A stretch of DNA of 64,000 bases from Gemmatimonadota bacterium. Its GTDB lineage: Bacteria > Gemmatimonadota > Gemmatimonadetes > Longimicrobiales > Gaopeijiaceae. The stretch covers positions 30,319 through 94,318 of the forward strand of contig JAJDXS010000024.1 of the NCBI GenBank assembly GCA_022823145.1, given 5' to 3'. The notes beneath the pieces are model-generated. The model was not told the DNA's origin, made no database searches, and saw nothing but the letters and a program-made list of their open reading frames with translations. This document shows, piece by piece, positions 57,713 through 64,000 of the stretch (position 1 is its first letter; each line of letters opens with the position of its first letter). Made by a program: the position numbers and the translations under genes.

Positions 57713-59824
57713 ATGGCCCGCAAGAAAAACCGCCGCAAGAAGCGCAAGAAGCCGGGCAGCCGGTGCGGGCCTGACCCGAAGCTGGTCTACCTGGCCAGAC
57801 GCGGTGTCGCCGAAGCCCAGTATTCGCTTGCGAGCGACTATCACGGGGGCGAGGGAGGTGTGAAGCAGGACCTGCGCGAAGCTGCCCGGTGGTACCGCGC
57901 AGCTGCGGAACAGGGACATGTGGTTTCCCAGTTCCTGTACGGCCTCATGTGCCGCGACGGTGAAGGTGTCGAGCCAGATCCGGCGGAGGGCGTCAAATGG
58001 ATCCGGGCAGCGGCGGAACAGGGAGAAGCGGCCGCGCAGGAGTGTCTGGCGGAAGCCTACCACGAAGGCGAAGGCGTCGAGCAGAGTGATGAAGAGGCGG
58101 CTCGCTGGTACCGGATGGCGGCCAGGGGGGGAGATCCCTACGCCCCGATGGCGCTGGGGATGATGTACGCGGACGGCGATGCGGATATGGACGACGACCC
58201 GGACGCCGAACGATGGCTCGAAGTGGCCGCCGAGAGGGCGTATCCGCCGGCGCTCGCCATGTTGGGCCGCGCGGAACCGGTTCGCCGAGGCTCCGCAGTC
58301 CACCTGCTCGAGGCAGGGGTTCGGCTGCGTGAAATGGCGGATCGGGGCGACGACAGAGCCAGGGAACTGCTGGAGGAGATGGAACGCACCGGAGTGACAT
58401 CTGCCTTGATTCGTGTTTCCGGTCGCAAGCCCGGCTTGAACGACAGGGCCCTGCGGGCGGCCTGGGGCGGTGATCCAGGCGCCCAGTTCCATGTCGCACT
58501 GGCCTACTACAACGCGGAAGGGGTGGAGAAGGACGCTGCCGAGGCACTGCGGTGGTTTCGAGCGGCTGCCAGGCAGGGCCATGCGCCGTCTCAGAACAAC
58601 TTCGCCGCGATGTGCCGCAACGGCGAGGGACTGCCGCACCCGGACCTGGAAGAGGCCACCAGGTGGTTCCGCCTCGCCGCGGACCGTGGCGAGCCGATCG
58701 CCCGGAACAACCTTGCCGACATGTACGAGAGAGGGGAGGGCGGTCTGGGACCCGATGCCGAGAAGGCCGCCGAGTGGCGTCGCCGGGCTGCCGAGCAGGG
58801 CTGGCCGCGAGCTCAGTTCAAACTCGGCATGGCGTACATGGAAGGAGTGGGCGTGCGAAGGGACGAGGCCGAAGCGGTCGGCTGGCTTCGGGCCGCGGCC
58901 GAGCAGGGCTACCTGGATGCGCAGGTCAACCTTGGAGTGGCCTACTCCGATGGCACCGGGGTGGAAAGGGATGACATCGAGGCAGCGAAATGGTATCTCC
59001 TTGCAGCCGAACAGGGTTGCTCCGAAGCTGACTACAACCTCGGCGTCATGTTCGCTGACGAGGAAGGTGACCTGTACGATCATCCGGACCGCTTCAAATG
59101 GCTGCGAGTGGCTGCCGAGGACGGGTATGAATGGGCACAGTACCAACTGGGACTGTACTGCGCCTACGGCGACGAGGACGAATTCGAGCCGGATCTGGAC
59201 GAGGCCATGAAGTGGCTGCTCCGGGCCGCCGAACAGGGCTTGGGGGCCGCCGAGCATAGACTCGCCGACATGTACTGGGACGGAGAGTTCGTTCCGCAGG
59301 ACCGTAAGACGGCCATGGAGTGGCTCCGACGCGCCTCGGACGGGGGCTGGCCGCCTGCACAAACCGACCTGGCGACCAGGTACATGGAAGGCGACGCCGT
59401 CGAAACGGATGCGAAAGAGGCGGCCCGGCTTTTCAGCGCCGCAGCGGAGAGCGGATTTCCGCTTGCCGTGCACGCTCTGGGTTGCTGCCATAGAGATGGC
59501 AAGGGGCTGCCGCAAGACGACGCCGAGGCAGCGAAGTGGTTTCTCAGGGCCGCCGAAGCGGGATTCCCTCCATCGCAGGTCATGGTGGGCGTGATGTACA
59601 CGCTTGGGGAAGGGCTGCCTAAACACCCGGAAGAAGGAGAAAGATGGCTTCGCGAGGCGGCGGCAGTGGATTCGGCTCTCGTCCGGCAGGTGCTTGGTCT
59701 GCCCAGAGAGGCAGAGGAGGACCGGATGGAGGAAGAGGATTGGAAAGCTGTGGACATGGAGGTCGGCGACGCGCCCGGTTTGCCGGACGGTGCGGCGGCC
59801 GGCAAAGGGGGCAATGGGTCATGA
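57713..59824 (+). CDS. Sel1-like repeat (SLR) protein, about 16 repeats, polybasic N-terminus
   Basis: ATG 57713 gives MARKKNRRKKRKKPGSR. It is followed by iterated units of about 36 aa of the form A..WYR.AAEQG...AQ..LG.MY..G.GV..D. The C-terminus is acidic. The track ORF starts at 57494. Confidence 0.85.
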   Translation: MARKKNRRKKRKKPGSRCGPDPKLVYLARRGVAEAQYSLASDYHGGEGGVKQDLREAARWYRAAAEQGHVVSQFLYGLMCRDGEGVEPDPAEGVKWIRAAAEQGEAAAQECLAEAYHEGEGVEQSDEEAARWYRMAARGGDPYAPMALGMMYADGDADMDDDPDAERWLEVAAERAYPPALAMLGRAEPVRRGSAVHLLEAGVRLREMADRGDDRARELLEEMERTGVTSALIRVSGRKPGLNDRALRAAWGGDPGAQFHVALAYYNAEGVEKDAAEALRWFRAAARQGHAPSQNNFAAMCRNGEGLPHPDLEEATRWFRLAADRGEPIARNNLADMYERGEGGLGPDAEKAAEWRRRAAEQGWPRAQFKLGMAYMEGVGVRRDEAEAVGWLRAAAEQGYLDAQVNLGVAYSDGTGVERDDIEAAKWYLLAAEQGCSEADYNLGVMFADEEGDLYDHPDRFKWLRVAAEDGYEWAQYQLGLYCAYGDEDEFEPDLDEAMKWLLRAAEQGLGAAEHRLADMYWDGEFVPQDRKTAMEWLRRASDGGWPPAQTDLATRYMEGDAVETDAKEAARLFSAAAESGFPLAVHALGCCHRDGKGLPQDDAEAAKWFLRAAEAGFPPSQVMVGVMYTLGEGLPKHPEEGERWLREAAAVDSALVRQVLGLPREAEEDRMEEEDWKAVDMEVGDAPGLPDGAAAGKGGNGS

Positions 59825-61437
59825 CATTCAGGTGGAGGGATGCCTGGCGACCATGGTTCGCGAATGTCCGTGGTTGCTTTCTCACGCTCTTGATCGCCGC
59901 ATGGCCAGTCATTGGTTCCGCCGAGCTCGACGGCCAGAGCTTCGAGGTCGAAGAGGCGACGATCGCCGGGGTGCATGCCGCCTTCCTGTCCGGCGATCTC
60001 ACCTGCGTGGACCTCGTGCAGGCGTACCTGGACCGGATTGAGGCGTACGACAAGCAGGGGCCGCAGCTCAACACGGTCGCGACCCTGAACCCGCGGGCGC
60101 TCGAAGAGGCGGCGCGTCTGGACGAGGCACTCGCGGCCGGCGGGCTCACCGGGCCGCTCCACTGCATTCCGGTGCTGCTGAAGGACCAGGTCGAGACCAG
60201 CGACATGCCCACCACCTACGGCTCCGCGCTCTTCGCGGAGTTTGTGCCGGACCGGGACGCGACAATAGTCACACGGGTCAGGGAGGCGGGGGCGATTATC
60301 CACGCCAAGACGAACATGGGCGAGTTCGCGTCGCGCTACGTGGGGTCCGGGTTCGGCGTGATCCGCAACGCGTACGACCCGCGCCGCAATCCCAGCGGCT
60401 CGTCGGGCGGCACCAGCGTGGGCATCGCCGCCAACTTCGGCATGGTCGGCATCGGCGAGGACACCGGCGGCTCGATCCGCGGTCCGGCGGCGGTGGCGTC
60501 GCTGGTCGGTCTGCGGCCCACCCTGGAGCTCGTGAGCCGCTTCGGCCTGATGCCCGCCAACCCCACGACCGACACGCAGGGCCCGATTACGCGCACGGTC
60601 ACGGACGCGGCCGTACTGCTGGGCGCGATCGCGGGTTACGATCCGAACGATCCCGTGACCGCCCGCGCCGTGGGCCGTGTTCCGGAGTCGTATGAGGGCG
60701 GACTTGGCAGCGACGGGTTGCAGGGCGCGCGCATAGGAGTCATCCGCGACGCCATGGATCAGTCGGTGGATCCCGACTCGGAGGGATTCCGGCACGTGCG
60801 CTCCCGCATCGAAGCGGCGGTAGCGGATCTGCGGCGGCTCGGGGCCGAGGTCGTGGACCCCGTCGCGATCGCGGGGATCGAGACCGTGAACCGGGTGTTC
60901 GGGAGCAACTCCTACGAGACCGAGGAGGCGACCGATACCTACCTGTCCGAGCATGCAAACGCCCCGTACAAGACGCTGCGCTCGATCCTGCTGAGCGGGC
61001 GCGTGACGCCGTGGCGGGCTGCGGGTCTGGCGAACTCGCTGGGCAAGTCGACCGGCGACCCGGGGTATCTCGAGTATCTGCTCGGCCGCGACCGGATCCG
61101 CCGGAACGTCCTCGTGGCCATGGCCGACCACGACCTCGACGCCCTCGTCTACGCCACCTTCGACCACCCGGTGACGTTGATCGCCGAGGACGCCGAGACC
61201 AACCCGGCGCCGGCCGACCGGTACGGCCTGGGCGACAACCGGCTCCTCAGCCCGATCACCGGGTTCCCCGCACTGACGGTGCCTGCCGGATTCACGCCGG
61301 ACGGGCTACCCGTGGGGATCGAGTTCCTGGGGCGCCCGTTCACCGAGGCGATGCTGCTGCGGCTCGGCTACGCGTTCGAGCAGGGGACGGGGTATCGGCG
61401 GCCGCCGGAAAGTGCGCCGCCGCTGGGTGGGGGGTGA
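59821..61437 (+). CDS. Amidase-signature (AS) family amidase with N-terminal signal/anchor
   Basis: ATG 59821 (ATGA overlap with the Sel1 stop). CFLTLLIAAWPVIGSA, IPVLLKDQVET (catalytic Lys) and GSSGGTSVGIAAN (GSS(G/A)GS motif). The track ORF starts at 59644. Confidence 0.88.
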   Translation: MTFRWRDAWRPWFANVRGCFLTLLIAAWPVIGSAELDGQSFEVEEATIAGVHAAFLSGDLTCVDLVQAYLDRIEAYDKQGPQLNTVATLNPRALEEAARLDEALAAGGLTGPLHCIPVLLKDQVETSDMPTTYGSALFAEFVPDRDATIVTRVREAGAIIHAKTNMGEFASRYVGSGFGVIRNAYDPRRNPSGSSGGTSVGIAANFGMVGIGEDTGGSIRGPAAVASLVGLRPTLELVSRFGLMPANPTTDTQGPITRTVTDAAVLLGAIAGYDPNDPVTARAVGRVPESYEGGLGSDGLQGARIGVIRDAMDQSVDPDSEGFRHVRSRIEAAVADLRRLGAEVVDPVAIAGIETVNRVFGSNSYETEEATDTYLSEHANAPYKTLRSILLSGRVTPWRAAGLANSLGKSTGDPGYLEYLLGRDRIRRNVLVAMADHDLDALVYATFDHPVTLIAEDAETNPAPADRYGLGDNRLLSPITGFPALTVPAGFTPDGLPVGIEFLGRPFTEAMLLRLGYAFEQGTGYRRPPESAPPLGGG

Positions 61438-61462
61438 CGTAGGCGGCGGGCTCCGTCGTCGT

Positions 61463-61481
61463 GAGGCCGGCCGCCGGCCTC
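61463..61481 (+). terminator. GC-rich hairpin downstream of the amidase gene (weak terminator candidate)
   Basis: GAGGCCGG-CCG-CCGGCCTC, an 8-bp perfect stem with a 3-nt loop, 26 nt after the stop. No U-tract follows, so intrinsic-terminator function is doubtful. Confidence 0.3.
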
Positions 61482-61546
61482 GGCCGGGCGACGAGTCCAA
61501 AGGGCGGTGTTGTGTGGCCCGGTAGGCCTGTGCGGGATGATTCGGG

Positions 61547-61876
61547 CTATCCGGGTAGCGGCGTGCCAACTGCCCTGACTCCACTATGGGGGTCAGGTGT
61601 CGGCTGCTCAGATTGCGCTGGGAAAGCCCGATCCGCGCTGAACTCCCCCCGATCCGAGCCCGAACTCCTCCCGATATGGTCACGAAGCGCCGGGGACAAC
61701 GTGTAGTAGCTGGCGGCTCCGTGAGAATGCAGCGTAAGGAGCTCGCGATCCCGCAGGCCACGCAGCAAGCGTGGATCGGTCATTCGTGGCTTGCTTGGAG
61801 GTTTCACTGGCACCGGATTCACTGCTCGCGCGGGCAAGCTACGGAGGCCGGTTCGTGATGACAACGGGCTCACCAT
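61547..61876 (-). CDS. Small ORF or gene remnant with a winged-helix-like tail motif
   Basis: ATG 61876 overlaps the stop of the upstream large ORF (ATGGTGA). The N-terminal 30 aa are Pro-rich and low-complexity. LLRGLRDRELLTLHSHGAASYYTLSP resembles the C-terminal wHTH found in some Fic/AAA-type regulator proteins. It ends in short tandem repeats. Real gene versus decayed fragment is unresolved. Confidence 0.25.
   Translation of the reverse strand: MVSPLSSRTGLRSLPARAVNPVPVKPPSKPRMTDPRLLRGLRDRELLTLHSHGAASYYTLSPALRDHIGRSSGSDRGEFSADRAFPAQSEQPTPDPHSGVRAVGTPLPG
61621..61676. repeat. Three imperfect tandem repeats of 21-22 bp
   Basis: Read directly: CCCGATC at 61627 and 61648, CCCGATA at 61670, each preceded by G(A/G)A(A/C)(A/T)(G/C)(C/T)C-type sequence (ggaaagCCCGATC / gaactcccCCCGATC / gaactcctCCCGATA). 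In the minus-strand ORF frame this encodes ..IGRSSGS DRGEFSA DRAFPA... Confidence 0.45.
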
Positions 61877-63993
61877 TCGTGCTCGGCGGGCACGATGTCG
61901 GAGCTCGCGTAGCCGTGTTTCTCAGCGAGCTGGATTAGACCCTCCCTATCGTCGGGCGGCGCCTGCCGCAACGGGGCCAAGTGTGCCTCTCTGGGGAGTT
62001 GGCGCCGAAGCAGGGTCACATATAGAGAGCGTTCGAGACCCACCAAGTGGCCGAAGAACATCACATCGGCACCACTTGGTATCGCGAGAATGAGGTCGCG
62101 CCGGTCCTCGATGGTCAACCGGCCGCATGCCGTGCACACGAGGTCTTCGTCGAGGCCAAGTCGGTCTAGCGCGGCGACGCCGTCCATGATCTCCAGGGCC
62201 AGGGCCTTCGGACAGATCGTCTGGCTGGGCGAAGGCTCGTCGTCCACATCGGGGGCCTTCAACGCGGCACTCGCCCGGGCCTTGTGAAGCACCCACGCTC
62301 GGGCCACGTCGGAATCCGATGGCAGCACTTCGCGCAGCAGATCCGGTTCGCCGCACTCTACCACAGCCGTCCGCCAAAGCACTGCCAGTGCCCCTTCGGG
62401 ACTCCTATGGAATTCCTCCCACAAGCCCGTTGCGGCTGCACCTCTCACGCGAGGGTCCGTGTGGTCGAGAAGACGACGCTTCCACTCGTCTGGCACTCGA
62501 CGCCAAGGTAGGCCGGTCAGCGAGTTCGCATGTTCGGACACCGCAGCCATGACTTGCTGTACCGCACCAGGGGGAAGTCCTGCAACAGTTGGCCCGAAGT
62601 GCGCGGACACGTCGGCGTATCTCTCGCGGCGCGCGATGGCCGTCCACGGGGCAGCGCTTGACGGATCCACGACGACGGCTGCCTCCAGAAACGACCAGAC
62701 CCAGTCCCCGGGGGCGTCGTGCTCGACAAGGCCTTCGAGCCATCTCGATGGATCGTCCACGTGCTGTGATAGCGAGTTCGGGATCAGCTTGAGGATGTCG
62801 GGATAGTGGTGGTCGAGCAGTTGGCGTTGCCGCTCGTAGTGAAGCATTCGCTCGATCACCGCTCCCGGCTCATCGGTGCCCCATTCGAGGGCGAACTCAT
62901 GCGCGACGTGCTGGAACCGTTGTGCGGAGCGCTCCTCCGGTGCGAGTTCGCGGAGAACCGGGAACAGGCGATTCAGGGTGGGGTCGGCCGACACAGGGAG
63001 CGCGACCCGCAGCCCATGTGCTCGGACCAGTCGGTGCGCCCAGAGCACGATGCCGGGTGCTTCGCCGGCAAGTTCGATGACCATCGGCAACATGTGGACG
63101 ACTTCTCGCCGTGCGGCGTGGCGGGTTTCGGGAAGCTCGTTGAGGACTCGGGGACCAGCGCACCAAAGCCGCAACACCTCTCGGGCAGACGACACTCCCG
63201 AATCTCCTACGGTGCGGAGAATCGAGAGGGCCTTGGGCCACAAGCGCCCAAGTTGCCGGACATCGCTCGCGGAGAGCGAACCCAACGTGATCTTGAATTC
63301 CTCCTCGGCTATCGGGTCGCCATCGGTGCTGGCAAAGTGCAATGCGAACACAACCTTCACGAGCTCGGCGACGGCTTCCCCCCAGTTACCCATCGCCGGA
63401 GGCCCCTCCGATGCGTCGAGCGCAAGGTCACGATGTCGGGCCAACGTCGTGAGGAGTTGACTACGACGTCCGACATTACCAGAGCCGTGCCGCCCCCAAA
63501 GCGCCCATTGCATTATCTGATCGGTGAGCGCATCTCGGTCGCCTCGGCGGTGGACGATGTCGGAAACCAGTTGATCCAGCGCCCGATCCGGTGTCAGTTT
63601 CAGCGCGGCCTCGCTGACGAGGGCGGACTTCTTGGGATGCTCTTGAAGGATCCAGCCAACCGCGGCCGCTCCGGTCCGAGCGTAGTCGTCCCAGAGTGGC
63701 TTGCCGACGCCCGCCTCGTCGTGTTTCCCGAGCCGGCTGCGGATGAGGTCGTGCGGTACGCGCCCGCCCCTGGCCAGGACTCCGATCAGGGTCTCGGTGC
63801 ACGCCACCGCGTCTTCCACTTCGTCGATTGCGGGCGCGAGCGACTTGCTCAGCGCACCCGCGAAGTATGTGCGACGCACCAGGCTGTGGCGAAGAGCAGC
63901 GGGCGTCACGGACACCGCTCGGACGCCGATCAGGTCGTTCTCGATCTCGCGAATCACACCGGTGCCCGACATTGGGCGAACGGCGGTCCGCAT
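61870..63993 (-). CDS. Unrecognised large alpha-helical (HEAT/ARM-like) protein, at least 707 aa, possibly truncated by the window edge
   Basis: Uninterrupted ORF with protein-like composition. There is a HEAT-like motif, DHTDPRVRGAAATGLWEE, but no NTPase, nuclease or other catalytic motif I can recognise. The frame is still open between ATG 63993 and the window end (64000). GC is lower than the window norm (58% in 61981-62080). Confidence 0.6.
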   Translation of the reverse strand: MRTAVRPMSGTGVIREIENDLIGVRAVSVTPAALRHSLVRRTYFAGALSKSLAPAIDEVEDAVACTETLIGVLARGGRVPHDLIRSRLGKHDEAGVGKPLWDDYARTGAAAVGWILQEHPKKSALVSEAALKLTPDRALDQLVSDIVHRRGDRDALTDQIMQWALWGRHGSGNVGRRSQLLTTLARHRDLALDASEGPPAMGNWGEAVAELVKVVFALHFASTDGDPIAEEEFKITLGSLSASDVRQLGRLWPKALSILRTVGDSGVSSAREVLRLWCAGPRVLNELPETRHAARREVVHMLPMVIELAGEAPGIVLWAHRLVRAHGLRVALPVSADPTLNRLFPVLRELAPEERSAQRFQHVAHEFALEWGTDEPGAVIERMLHYERQRQLLDHHYPDILKLIPNSLSQHVDDPSRWLEGLVEHDAPGDWVWSFLEAAVVVDPSSAAPWTAIARRERYADVSAHFGPTVAGLPPGAVQQVMAAVSEHANSLTGLPWRRVPDEWKRRLLDHTDPRVRGAAATGLWEEFHRSPEGALAVLWRTAVVECGEPDLLREVLPSDSDVARAWVLHKARASAALKAPDVDDEPSPSQTICPKALALEIMDGVAALDRLGLDEDLVCTACGRLTIEDRRDLILAIPSGADVMFFGHLVGLERSLYVTLLRRQLPREAHLAPLRQAPPDDREGLIQLAEKHGYASSDIVPAEHEW

Positions 63994-64000
63994 TTCGGTT

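Noticed and set aside
61621-61676. Considered whether the tandem repeats could be a degenerate CRISPR array.
   Set aside because: The units are contiguous at 21-22 bp with no spacers, there are only three copies, they are imperfect, and no cas genes are present.
61438-61869. Searched the non-coding stretch after the amidase for a tRNA, a tRNA 3' fragment or att-like direct repeats that would mark an integration site.
   Set aside because: I found no cloverleaf-compatible sequence, no GGTTCGAAT-type T-arm and no integrase gene in view. Only a small CCTGAC..GTCAGG hairpin and the 21-22-bp repeats are present. The island boundary remains unproven.

Overview
High-GC bacterial chromosomal segment. 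Hand counts of single 100-nt stretches gave 71% GC at 40001-40100, 64% at 49501-49600 and 58% at 61981-62080. It is almost fully coding, with about 55 genes, many joined by 4-nt ATGA/GTGA/TTGA stop-start overlaps. I saw no rRNA, tRNA, CRISPR array, transposase or integrase. Main blocks, left to right: (1) uvrA plus a GT2 glycosyltransferase. (2) A nine-gene minus-strand array (5.4-21.8 kb): L-arabinose catabolism (araA/araB/araD, mutarotase, Na+/solute symporter), a Tat-signal GH127-like beta-L-arabinofuranosidase, an unassignable ~970-aa lipoprotein, a TPR-HExxH protein and a proline-racemase-superfamily enzyme. (3) gyrA, a DsbA-VKOR pair, XdhC/MocA molybdoenzyme-maturation genes, a fadJ-like gene, an M23 peptidase and metG. 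(4) An aryl-CoA ligase divergent from an eight-gene translationally coupled operon that joins tryptophan 2,3-dioxygenase and kynureninase to the anthraniloyl-CoA monooxygenase/reductase route (36.2-46.2 kb). (5) An Xre(DUF2384)-RES toxin-antitoxin pair behind a perfect palindromic operator. (6) A DinB-HAD-cupin operon behind a triple repeat with 17-bp period. (7) Several large secreted multidomain proteins, and a ~16-repeat Sel1 protein coupled to an amidase. (8) At the right edge, a lower-GC segment with an unrecognisable helical protein of at least 707 aa, still open at the window boundary. Best candidates for novelty: the right-edge locus (only partly visible), the tryptophan operon that lacks a canonical formamidase but starts with a creatininase-fold amidohydrolase, and the arabinose array read as a possible hydroxyproline-rich-glycoprotein utilisation locus with an uncharacterised ~970-aa component. 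All family assignments come from motif recognition by eye. No database search was run.
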